Part shown: positions 17,190 to 24,888 of the stretch, piece after piece
Position numbering within the stretch: the first letter of the stretch is position 1
How the letters are laid out: every line of letters begins with the position of its first letter
IMG/VR virus record: IMGVR_UViG_3300025382_000033
Span: 1 to 29,924 of that record
Direction: 5' to 3' (one strand)
Length of the DNA stretch: 29,924 bases
From: a virus
Taxonomy: Duplodnaviria; Caudoviricetes
Program-made: the position numbers and the translations under genes
The notes under the pieces: generated by a model
The model's input: the letters and a program-made list of their open reading frames with translations, nothing else
What the model was told of the DNA's origin: nothing
Database searches by the model: none

Positions 17190-18665
17190 ATGACATTCAA
17201 CATTGATGAGCGCCTGAGAGATTATCAGGTCGAAGGTTTGGACAAGCTGAGAGAGGGAATCAAACAGGGACACCGATCGCAGTTGCTTTACGCACCTACA
17301 GGCGCGGGAAAGACTGAGATTGCGATTGCCTTGATGGAGTTCTCCCGTCGCATGGGCAGGCGCTCAGCAATGGTCATGGATCGTATTGTGTTGTGCAACC
17401 AAACCTCGACACGCCTTGATTCGTACGGAATCGAGCACGGGGTGTTGCAGGCTAGCCACTGGCGGTATCGTCCGTACGAGCATATTCAGGTGTGCTCGGC
17501 GCAGACGCTGGAGAAGCGAAAGAGCTTCCCCGGGCTCGATCTCCTGATCGTCGACGAAGCCCATCAGATCAGAAAGTCGACCAAGAAATTCATCGACATG
17601 CATCCATCGATCAAGGTGATTGGATTGTCTGCTACTCCTTTTACAAAGGGGTTAGGTCATGTTTTCACCAACGTCGTGAACACGGTAACCACTAAGGATC
17701 TGGTGGATACCAAAATGCTGGTGCCTTTGCGTGTATTCCTCGCCAAGGAAATTGACATGACTGGCGCTAAGAAAGTTGCTGGTGAGTGGTCAGATGCTGA
17801 GGCAACAGAGCGCGGCATTAAGATCACTGGCGATGTAGTCAACGAGTGGATTAAGAAGACTCATGAGGTATTTGGTCGTCCGCGCAAGACCATCGTATTT
17901 TGTGCGTCTGTGGCGCATGGTGCGGATCTGGCATCTAAGTTCAGCGAGGCTGGTTACAACTTTGTGCCAATCTCGTATCTGGACACCGATGAATATAAAA
18001 AGGAAGTTTTCGAGGATTTTGCTAAAGCCGATACAAGTATCCACGGTTTGATTGCGGTGGACATTCTGACCAAGGGTTTTGACGTTCCTGACGTCATGAT
18101 TGGCGTGAGCGCGCGACCATTCTCCAAGTCACTATCCTCACACGTTCAACAGATGGGTCGCATTATGCGTCAGCATCCATCCAAGGAGTTTGGTCTCTGG
18201 CTAGATCATTCTGGCAACTTCCTGCGGTTCCGCGAGGAGTGGGATGAGATCTACGAGCAGGGCGCAGGCGAGTTGGACGACGGTCGCGAGAAGGCAAAAA
18301 AGGAGCCGACCAAGGCAGAGAAGGAGGGCGCTAAGTGTCCGCGCTGCGGAAGCCTCTGGGGTAATTCTGACGTCTGTTCGCACTGTGGGTTCGTGCGGGA
18401 GAAGAGGAGTAAGGTGATTGATAAACCGGGTGAGATGGTAGAGTTGGAAGGCAAGGCAGTAACCACGGCAGACAAACAGAAGTTTTACAGCGAATTGATT
18501 TTTATGGTACGGACAAAGGGTTACAAGGAAGGATGGGCAGCATGGAAATATAAAGAGAAGTTCGGGGTATTCCCGCGCAACTTACAGAAAGTGCCGACCA
18601 CGCCATCTATGGCAACAATCGGCTGGTTGAAATCGAGAGCAATTGCATACTCAAAGAGAAAATAA
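17190..18665 (+). CDS. Superfamily 2 DEAH-box DNA helicase with zinc finger
   Basis: LRDYQ, APTGAGKT, IVDEAH, LSATP, GFDVPD, QQMGRIMR, CPRC...CSHCG. Confidence 0.95.
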   Translation: MTFNIDERLRDYQVEGLDKLREGIKQGHRSQLLYAPTGAGKTEIAIALMEFSRRMGRRSAMVMDRIVLCNQTSTRLDSYGIEHGVLQASHWRYRPYEHIQVCSAQTLEKRKSFPGLDLLIVDEAHQIRKSTKKFIDMHPSIKVIGLSATPFTKGLGHVFTNVVNTVTTKDLVDTKMLVPLRVFLAKEIDMTGAKKVAGEWSDAEATERGIKITGDVVNEWIKKTHEVFGRPRKTIVFCASVAHGADLASKFSEAGYNFVPISYLDTDEYKKEVFEDFAKADTSIHGLIAVDILTKGFDVPDVMIGVSARPFSKSLSSHVQQMGRIMRQHPSKEFGLWLDHSGNFLRFREEWDEIYEQGAGELDDGREKAKKEPTKAEKEGAKCPRCGSLWGNSDVCSHCGFVREKRSKVIDKPGEMVELEGKAVTTADKQKFYSELIFMVRTKGYKEGWAAWKYKEKFGVFPRNLQKVPTTPSMATIGWLKSRAIAYSKRK

Positions 18666-19463
18666 ATGGAATTTATAGACTTTGCACGAGCTCATGGCTT
18701 GTTATTAAATGATGTTGATGTTGGCAGATGGATCAGGACGCCTACTGTCGATCACCCGCGCTCACGCAACGGCGCATACAAGTACATGGGTGACGTTGGC
18801 TTCGTCCAGAACCACGCCACGCAGATCGATGTCAGCGTGTGGCGACCAGATCGCCCGAGCGAGATCAGGGTTGATCCAAAGGTGGTACTGCAGAGAGTCA
18901 GCGAGGAGGACAAGAAACGCGCTCTGGGGCGCAAAAAGGCGGCGGACAAGGCTCAGCGTATCCTTGACAGTTCTGAGCTCCAGAAGCACCCGTATCTCGA
19001 GCGCAAGGGGTTTACTGACGTGCTGGGTAACGTGTGGAATCAATTCCTGATCGTGCCGATGCGTGTCGGTTGCGATATCGTTGGGTTGCAGATGATCGAC
19101 GAGGCTGGCGCTAAGAAGTTCCTGACAGGTCAAAAGACCAACGACGCATGTTTCGCGATGGGTAATGGCGCACCGATCTATTGTGAGGGATACGCCACAG
19201 GCTTGTCAGTCATGAAGGCACTGTCTGCTGGCAAGATCAAGAAGAGCGTGGTCGTATGCTTTTCGGCTGGCAACTTGCAGCGCTTGGCAAAAGACTCGCG
19301 AGGCATGGTGGTCGCAGACAACGATGAGTCACTGACTGGCGAGCGTGTCGCAAAAGCAACGGGTCTCAAGTATTGGATGAGCGACAGGGTCGGTGAGGAT
19401 TTCAACGACTTTCAGTTGCGCGTCGGGCTATTCAAATCAATTCAAGCACTCAAGGGGTTCTGA
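18666..19463 (+). CDS. Toprim-domain DNA primase
   Basis: HPYL..KG, LQ.I...G.KKFL.G, CEGYATGLS, FSAGNL, VADND, DFND. Confidence 0.88.
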   Translation: MEFIDFARAHGLLLNDVDVGRWIRTPTVDHPRSRNGAYKYMGDVGFVQNHATQIDVSVWRPDRPSEIRVDPKVVLQRVSEEDKKRALGRKKAADKAQRILDSSELQKHPYLERKGFTDVLGNVWNQFLIVPMRVGCDIVGLQMIDEAGAKKFLTGQKTNDACFAMGNGAPIYCEGYATGLSVMKALSAGKIKKSVVVCFSAGNLQRLAKDSRGMVVADNDESLTGERVAKATGLKYWMSDRVGEDFNDFQLRVGLFKSIQALKGF

Positions 19464-19663
19464 TGGACACATGGTCAGAAGAGTTCAGGCATCAGTGTCT
19501 TGTCCGTTATGTGATTCAATTGCGGCGCAAGAACAGGAAGGATGCGGTGGTGTTTTTAGAAAACTGGAACACCAAGCATAAAGATAAAAGGCTTGAGGAG
19601 GATGTCCGCAAGCAGTGGTTTCGAGGTAACCGTGGTCAACATAATGATTGGAGATTGATATGA
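19463..19663 (+). CDS. Conserved hypothetical phage protein
   Basis: SEEFRHQC.VRYV...QW.RGNRG motif; TGATG coupling. Confidence 0.7.
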   Translation: MDTWSEEFRHQCLVRYVIQLRRKNRKDAVVFLENWNTKHKDKRLEEDVRKQWFRGNRGQHNDWRLI

Positions 19664-19941
19664 GTACAAAGATGAGTGATTTTCAGAAGTCGTTCCTTGC
19701 GCGTGGTGTTATGACCATGTACACGCAGAAAGAATTTGATGCGCAGATCGCGCTTACGCAAGCAGAGATCATGCAGGTTGCGATTGATACAACCAAGACC
19801 GCTATCGCCATCGAGCGCGAAGAGTGCGCCAAGATTGTCGACGAGATACTTAACCGAATGGAAGGTATAGATATTCATCCGAGCCTTACTATAGCCCTTA
19901 CTCAAGCGGCTAAAAACATTCGCAACAGGCTGAAGAAATGA
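19660..19941 (+). CDS. Hypothetical phage protein
   Basis: GGAG RBS, ATGA overlap, ERE.CAK motif. Confidence 0.7.
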   Translation: MSTKMSDFQKSFLARGVMTMYTQKEFDAQIALTQAEIMQVAIDTTKTAIAIEREECAKIVDEILNRMEGIDIHPSLTIALTQAAKNIRNRLKK

Positions 19942-20399
19942 TTTACATCGGGCTAGACCCCGGTGCGATCTCGGGCGCATGGGGCGCTATCGACCACAAC
20001 AACGAGCTCGTGGGCTGCGGCGATATCCCTGCAGTCAATGGGCGCATCTCAGCGATTGAGTTGTATCGAATCATCAAGACATGCGTGCAGTCTGGTGACA
20101 CGGCTCGTATCGTGGTTGAGAGCGTCCACAGCATGCCGAAGCAGGGCGTAGCGAGCACAGGCAAGTTCATGCGTGCGGCAGGCGCTATCGAGGCTACAGC
20201 GGAGCTCACGCGCTTCCCATTCCTGTTGGTGACGCCACAGAAGTGGAAGAAGTATCACGGGCTGATTGGATTGCCCAAGACCGCTAGTCTTGATCTGGCT
20301 CGGTCTTGGTATCCAACAGCATCACTCAAACGACAGAAAGACCACGGCAGGGCTGATGCCTTGCTGATGGCGACATGGCTAAAGGAAGCATATGAATAA
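19938..20399 (+). CDS. RuvC-like Holliday junction resolvase
   Basis: YIGLDPG..G, VVE.V..MP.QGV.S..KF, VTPQKWKK, KDHGRADALL.A. Confidence 0.88.
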   Translation: MIYIGLDPGAISGAWGAIDHNNELVGCGDIPAVNGRISAIELYRIIKTCVQSGDTARIVVESVHSMPKQGVASTGKFMRAAGAIEATAELTRFPFLLVTPQKWKKYHGLIGLPKTASLDLARSWYPTASLKRQKDHGRADALLMATWLKEAYE

Positions 20400-20565
20400 C
20401 GACGACTTACACGACCTGTACGCAGGGCTCGCCATGCAGGGGTTGATTGCGAGCGGCAACTACTCGCTGAATTGCATACCCGAGCTCGCACAGGAAATGG
20501 CTGCAGCGCTGATCCATGAAAAGGACAAACGCAATGAGTTAGTCAAACATATATCAGAAACATAA
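20392..20565 (+). CDS. Small conserved phage protein (57 aa)
   Basis: Not in the ORF track. MNNDDLHDLYAGLAMQGLIASG...; the D..A..AMQG motif is widespread in small phage proteins; AAGGAAG RBS. Confidence 0.7.
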   Translation: MNNDDLHDLYAGLAMQGLIASGNYSLNCIPELAQEMAAALIHEKDKRNELVKHISET

Positions 20566-20578
20566 AAAATGGATATAA

Positions 20579-20932
20579 ATGGGCATGGTTAAAAATATGA
20601 ACGAGCAGGAATATTCGCCTCATAAAGCGATTGACTACATCATCCAGAACGCTGGCAAGTTCGCACGAGCTCGCGCTGATCGCGTGTACATCGAGGAGTA
20701 CCGCAAGTCACTCAAGGCGCTGCTGATGAAGCGCTCTGGCGAGAAAGTGATTGCAGCTCAGGAGCGAGACGCATATGCTCACGATGACTACGCTGCATTG
20801 CTGGAGGGGCTCAGGGATGCGGTGGAGACCGAAGAGAAGCTGCGGTGGGACTTGATCGCAGCTCAGGCAAGGATAGAGACGTGGAAGGCGCAAACTTATA
20901 CTGACAGTAAAACAGATAAACTGTTAAAGTAA
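20579..20932 (+). CDS. Conserved hypothetical phage protein (helical)
   Basis: EEYRKSLKALLM...AAQERDAYA motif. The start could instead be at 20597. Confidence 0.7.
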   Translation: MGMVKNMNEQEYSPHKAIDYIIQNAGKFARARADRVYIEEYRKSLKALLMKRSGEKVIAAQERDAYAHDDYAALLEGLRDAVETEEKLRWDLIAAQARIETWKAQTYTDSKTDKLLK

Positions 20933-21027
20933 TGTATGCGATGGCTACCTTTAGCGGGGGAAAAGACGATTCATCACCGTCCTGCCATTGTCATTTCGTG
21001 ATGATTTCTACCTTGATGGGGTACGAC

Positions 21028-21525
21028 ATGCTTGAATACATTAAAGCCAATTTTGAATATCGTGATGGCGTTCTTTACAGAACAACAAAACGTGGTGGCG
21101 AAGCTATAGGCAAAGCCGCTGGATGGTTGACCATATGCAATGGAAAACCATATTGGAAACTTAGTGTTATGGGTAAAACAAAGTATATGCATCATGCAAT
21201 ATTTTTGTTTCATCACAAATATTTACCAGAAAGAATTGACCATATTGATGGTAATTCAACAAACAACAGAATTGAAAATTTGCGTGCAGCGACTCAAAGT
21301 CAAAACATGGGTAACAGCCGCATTAAATCAAACAATACAAGTGGCTACAAAGGCGTAACTTTCAGGAAAGATACTGGTAAATGGCAAGCTGCAGTCATGT
21401 TGAATGGAAAGCACATTTCTTTAGGTTCACATGCAACAAAAGAAAAAGCTGCAGAAGCATATGCAACTGGTGCAAAAAAATATTTTCAAGAATTTGCAAA
21501 AATTGATACAAAACTGACACTGTGA
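21028..21525 (+). CDS. HNH endonuclease with C-terminal AP2-like DNA-binding domain
   Basis: IDHIDGN..NNRIENLR.AT.SQN..N followed by N.SGYKGV......KW.A......K.I.LG......AA.AY; AT-rich. Start at ATG 21028 is preferred over 20932. Confidence 0.92.
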   Translation: MLEYIKANFEYRDGVLYRTTKRGGEAIGKAAGWLTICNGKPYWKLSVMGKTKYMHHAIFLFHHKYLPERIDHIDGNSTNNRIENLRAATQSQNMGNSRIKSNNTSGYKGVTFRKDTGKWQAAVMLNGKHISLGSHATKEKAAEAYATGAKKYFQEFAKIDTKLTL

Positions 21526-21532
21526 GGCAGAC

Positions 21533-21706
21533 ATGGCACGCAAAAAGAAAGTTGAACAGATTGACCGATGGGCTCGCCTATACCAAGGCATGAAGCTTGA
21601 GAAGATTGCCACGCGACCACGGTGCCTCGAGATCCTGACGTATCCGTCGCGCGTTCACAACACATTGTTTTACCCTAACGGTGAGATTAAAAAAATTGAA
21701 CAATAA
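21533..21706 (+). CDS. Small basic hypothetical protein (57 aa)
   Basis: Not in the ORF track. MARKKKVEQIDRWARLYQGMKLEKIATRPRCLEILTYPSRVHNTLFYPNGEIKKIEQ; GAGG RBS. Confidence 0.65.
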   Translation: MARKKKVEQIDRWARLYQGMKLEKIATRPRCLEILTYPSRVHNTLFYPNGEIKKIEQ

Positions 21707-21962
21707 GCTAACAGCGAAGCAGCGGGTACACGTTGCTCGAGTCAAGGAACTACCCTGCAGCGTGTGCGATGAGCCTGCACCAAGCGACGCACACCACATC
21801 AAACAGCATAGGCAGTACACAGTAGTCGCGCTGTGTAAAGACTGCCACCAAGGGGCTCTGATGGGCTGGCATGGGCAGAAACGCATGTGGGCAATCAAGA
21901 AAATGGACGAGCTCGACGCCCTGAATGTGACTATTGAGAGGCTTTTGGAGGGATTAGGGTAA
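21696..21962 (+). CDS. Ref-like / HNH-fold zinc nuclease (recombination enhancement family)
   Basis: H..RVK.LPC.VC.......AHH........ALC..CH.G...G.HG motif; TTG start (alternative GTG at 21681). Confidence 0.7.
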   Translation: MNNKLTAKQRVHVARVKELPCSVCDEPAPSDAHHIKQHRQYTVVALCKDCHQGALMGWHGQKRMWAIKKMDELDALNVTIERLLEGLG

Positions 21963-21992
21963 ACACCTAGTGGTTTATTTGCACAAAATGGT

Positions 21993-22021
21993 TTGACATA
22001 TGAATTCGTTAAGATTATATT
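21993..22021 (+). promoter_or_regulatory. Sigma70-type promoter for the accessory/modification operon
   Basis: TTGACA(21993-98)-N17-TATATT(22016-21). Confidence 0.8.
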
Positions 22022-22076
22022 AACGGTTCTGGTTAGCCAATCAGAACAACTTACAGCGAAATCACAAGGAAATAAC

Positions 22077-22397
22077 ATGAATACAGTCACCGACATCCAA
22101 GCAGTACAAGCCGCCCAAGTCGACCGCCTCGGCGAGTTGCTGGCACAAATTTCCAAACTCACCAAAGAAGCTGATGCAATCAAAGACGAGATCAAAGAGC
22201 GCGGCGCTGACGGTCATCTCGAGATCGACGACAACGGCGTGGCATTTGCAGCAGGTCTTCTGTTCCGCGCTACCTACATCGAGCAAGAGTCAACCCTGTT
22301 CGACAAAGCCAAGTTCATCAAAGCAAACGGCGATGCCGAGTACGCGAAGTGGACTAAGCAGTCCGCATCATTCAAGCTGTTGGTCAAGTCACTCTAA
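22077..22397 (+). CDS. Hypothetical phage protein
   Basis: AAGGA RBS before ATG 22077; VD.LG.L.AQI..L...A..IK motif; codon usage suggestive of high expression. Confidence 0.75.
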   Translation: MNTVTDIQAVQAAQVDRLGELLAQISKLTKEADAIKDEIKERGADGHLEIDDNGVAFAAGLLFRATYIEQESTLFDKAKFIKANGDAEYAKWTKQSASFKLLVKSL

Positions 22398-22405
22398 TCA
22401 CAACT

Positions 22406-22419
22406 GCCCCTTCGGGGGC
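22406..22419 (+). other. Stable cUUCGg tetraloop hairpin (weak terminator or stabiliser)
   Basis: GCCCC-TTCG-GGGGC right after the stop; no U tract. Confidence 0.55.
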
Positions 22420-22432
22420 TCAAGGAATCGAC

Positions 22433-22645
22433 ATGAAATTCTGCAAAGACTGCGCCAATTATTCCCCAATGAAATACAGCAAGGATGACGGCATCTGCTC
22501 CGCGCCTCAGCATGGCATCAATTTGGTGTCTGGCGAAATGAACACGCGCACCTGCGGTGATCAGCGCTCGGTCAACAGCTCGCCGCTGTACTGTGGCTTG
22601 CAGGCTATGTTCTTTGTGCAAAAACCATTTGAGTCTGTTGAATGA
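22433..22645 (+). CDS. Small Cys-rich protein
   Basis: MKFCKDC...C...C...CG; AAGGA RBS; ATGA overlap with the methyltransferase. Confidence 0.72.
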   Translation: MKFCKDCANYSPMKYSKDDGICSAPQHGINLVSGEMNTRTCGDQRSVNSSPLYCGLQAMFFVQKPFESVE

Positions 22646-23667
22646 AATTCATTGAACTTTTTGCTGGCATCGGTGGCTTTCGCCTTGGGTTAGAAAAGGC
22701 GGGTCACCAGTGCGTGTGGGCAAACGAAATATTAGACAAGCCACGGAGGATATATGAAAGAAACTTCGGACACCAACCTGATGGACGAGACATTAGAACT
22801 GTTTCCCCAGACGACATCCCAGACGCTGACCTCCTTTGTGGAGGATTCCCGTGCGCGACTTTTTCAGTTGCTGGAAAGCGATCTGGATTCTCAGCGGAAG
22901 ACACTCGAGGTACTCTCTTTTTTGAAATCTGTAGGATTCTCAGAGACAAGCGAATACCGTATGTTTTCCTTGAAAACGTCAAAGGACTCCTCAACCACGA
23001 CGGCGGACGAACCTTTGCTGTCATCATCTCAAGTCTTGATGAACTGGGGTACGACGTTCAATGGGAAGTTGTTAACAGCCAAAATTTTGGAGTCCCGCAA
23101 AATAGGGAGAGGGTATTTATTGTCGGACATCTTAGAGGAAAACCCCGACCCAAAGTATTTCCTCTCGGACGATGCATTCCAGAGGATGTTCAAGCGCAAG
23201 ATCAAACAGAAGCCGACGAAAGAGGTCGAACCAGATACGACACAGGCAACTCTATTCTGATGCCGTTTGTCACTGGCAAAGTCATGCAGGTCAAGGACGT
23301 GTTCCCAACGCTCGACGGCCACTACTGGAAGGGAATACAAAACAATCAGGGTCGTGGTGCTGTCATGCAAGTGCGTGCGGTGCTCACGCCTATGCGCAAA
23401 GAGAAACGCCAGAACGGTCGCAGGGTAAAGGATCACAACGAGCCAGCATTCACTCTGACCGCGCAGGATCGTCATGGCGTGATTGTTAATGAGAGGCTTA
23501 GGCGATTAACCCCGCTCGAGTGTGAGCGCCTCCAAGGGCTTCCTGACAATTTTACGAAGTGGTACGCAGATGGCACTGAAGTTAAGGACGCTGAACGATA
23601 CGAGCGGTGCGGCAGGACAGTAACGATCCCAGTTATTTACGAAATTTCAAAGAGGTTACCAATATGA
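22642..23667 (+). CDS. C5-cytosine DNA methyltransferase homologue; predicted carboxymethyltransferase variant
   Basis: Motif I ELFAGIGG, IV GGFPC(A), VI ENVKGLL, VIII PQNRERVFIVG, IX RRLTPLECERLQGLPD, X CGRTVT (canonical GN(A/S)V). The family call is secure; the altered chemistry is an inference. Confidence 0.92.
   Translation: MKFIELFAGIGGFRLGLEKAGHQCVWANEILDKPRRIYERNFGHQPDGRDIRTVSPDDIPDADLLCGGFPCATFSVAGKRSGFSAEDTRGTLFFEICRILRDKRIPYVFLENVKGLLNHDGGRTFAVIISSLDELGYDVQWEVVNSQNFGVPQNRERVFIVGHLRGKPRPKVFPLGRCIPEDVQAQDQTEADERGRTRYDTGNSILMPFVTGKVMQVKDVFPTLDGHYWKGIQNNQGRGAVMQVRAVLTPMRKEKRQNGRRVKDHNEPAFTLTAQDRHGVIVNERLRRLTPLECERLQGLPDNFTKWYADGTEVKDAERYERCGRTVTIPVIYEISKRLPI
22754..23260 (+). CDS. Nested +1-frame ORF, EcoHK31I beta-subunit-like
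   Basis: 168 open codons wholly inside the MTase gene; GGAGG immediately upstream of the ATG; contains WGT.FNG.L.T....E......LSDILE....PKYFLS, which I recognise as beta-polypeptide-like. Confidence 0.65.
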   Translation: MKETSDTNLMDETLELFPQTTSQTLTSFVEDSRARLFQLLESDLDSQRKTLEVLSFLKSVGFSETSEYRMFSLKTSKDSSTTTADEPLLSSSQVLMNWGTTFNGKLLTAKILESRKIGRGYLLSDILEENPDPKYFLSDDAFQRMFKRKIKQKPTKEVEPDTTQATLF

Positions 23668-24317
23668 AGTCATGGACATTTGAGACAACAGAGATTGCAT
23701 CAATTTTTGATGATCATGTGCGCGAGCAATTGCCGTGGTACGACATGGCGACGGATGCGGTGTGCTATATCGTGCGCAACTATCTGACCGATGGCGAGAT
23801 GGTGGTTGACGTCGGCGCATCGACTGGCAACACGATCCACAACCTTATGCCATTGCTTGAGGAGCGCAAAGCGGAAGTGCTTGCAATTGAGAAAAGCAGC
23901 AGCATGGTCGACGTGATGCTGGAGCGCTTTAAGAACAACCACAACGTGACAGTCAATGAATTTGACATATGTAATTACAATCTGCCGCCAGCTCAGGTTT
24001 ATATCGTCTTCCTGACAATGATGTTTATACCCGTGCATAAGCGTGAGGCTGTTTTAAAGGCGATCAGAGAGAATTTAAAAAAGGGTGGGGTAATCATATT
24101 GGTCGACAAGGTTTGCGATCACACAGGGTACTTCTCTACAGTCCTGAAGCGCCTTGGCATGCACTGGAAAATTCGTCAGGGTGCTCAGCTCGGCGCTGTG
24201 ACAGATAAAGAGATGAGCTTGGCTGGAGTACAAATTCCATTTGACGCAGCAATGATCCCAGACGGTAAGCTGTTTTTCCGCATGGGTGAGTTTGCTGGAT
24301 GGGTGATAGAAGGATGA
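23664..24317 (+). CDS. CmoA-like SAM-dependent enzyme (carboxy-SAM synthase family, divergent)
   Basis: WTF...IA..FD.HVR..LPWY, VDVGASTG, LTMMFIP...R..VL..I...L..GG.IILVDK, K...G.....V..K..SL.GV and FFR...FAGW. This parallels E. coli CmoA along its length, from memory. ATGA overlap with the MTase stop. Confidence 0.78.
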   Translation: MKSWTFETTEIASIFDDHVREQLPWYDMATDAVCYIVRNYLTDGEMVVDVGASTGNTIHNLMPLLEERKAEVLAIEKSSSMVDVMLERFKNNHNVTVNEFDICNYNLPPAQVYIVFLTMMFIPVHKREAVLKAIRENLKKGGVIILVDKVCDHTGYFSTVLKRLGMHWKIRQGAQLGAVTDKEMSLAGVQIPFDAAMIPDGKLFFRMGEFAGWVIEG

Positions 24318-24604
24318 ACATGGACAAGACGCAAAAAATACTCCGCAACCTTGATCACGGTTATTTCATGACGCATCAGGAGCAGGCGGAGGCGGCAGAG
24401 CTGATCAGAAAAATGCAAGCACACATTGATTTTTTATTGAAAACAACCGATGCATATTCAAAACAAATTGACTTTGATAAAGAATATATTGCTGGTGCTA
24501 TGAGGCTAGTTAAAGCGTTTAATGAAAAAATAAGTGATGCACTTGTGCATTTACAACGTGGATCATCACTTGATGTAGTCGAGGCAATAAGGATACTGAA
24601 ATGA
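24314..24604 (+). CDS. Hypothetical helical protein
   Basis: ATGA overlaps at both ends. Confidence 0.65.
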   Translation: MNMDKTQKILRNLDHGYFMTHQEQAEAAELIRKMQAHIDFLLKTTDAYSKQIDFDKEYIAGAMRLVKAFNEKISDALVHLQRGSSLDVVEAIRILK

Positions 24605-24888
24605 AACACAAACACTATGAAGTAATTATTGCCTTTGCCGAAGGTAAAAAGATACAACGTAAAAATGAAAACGGCGATTGGGAGGATTGGATCAGCCCGA
24701 ATTTACCTCGTTTTTATGGTGATAAAGAATATCGCATCAAGCCTGAGCCTAAGCCTGATGTGTATGTTTTTATAAAGCTCAACACAATGTACGGTAATGT
24801 ATCCCGAGGTCTTGGAGAGTGTGATTCAAATATTAAAGCCATCATTGACGGCGAGACAGGCAAACTGAAATCAGCGGAGGTTATATGA
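24601..24888 (+). CDS. Conserved hypothetical phage protein
   Basis: KH.E.I.A.AEG..IQ......W.....P......EYRIKPEP...DGETGKLKSAEV family pattern. Confidence 0.75.
   Translation: MKHKHYEVIIAFAEGKKIQRKNENGDWEDWISPNLPRFYGDKEYRIKPEPKPDVYVFIKLNTMYGNVSRGLGECDSNIKAIIDGETGKLKSAEVI

Noticed and set aside
21993-22076. Upstream TTG start for the 22397-ending ORF
   Set aside because: That TTG is the -35 box; the RBS supports ATG 22077.
21578-22195. 205-aa minus-strand ORF and the many other antisense/shadow ORFs in the track (e.g. 23029-23475, 28375-28803, 8760-9143)
   Set aside because: They lie opposite well-supported plus-strand genes, lack recognisable motifs or RBS, and cross promoter gaps. Only 22754-23260 was kept, because of its RBS and recognisable motif.
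23607-23663. N-terminal extension of the CmoA-like ORF
   Set aside because: It overlaps MTase motif X; ATG 23664 has a GAGG RBS and ATGA coupling.
23664-24317. CmoA-like gene as an ordinary tRNA-modification auxiliary gene
   Set aside because: No cmoB or tRNA genes are seen in the window, and the tight coupling to a DNA MTase with an altered cofactor pocket favours a DNA-modification role. Not formally excluded.
22642-24604. A complete restriction-modification system, or a downstream hypermodification ligase
   Set aside because: No restriction endonuclease or ATP-dependent ligase motifs were recognised next to the MTase; the flanking ORFs are small unknowns.
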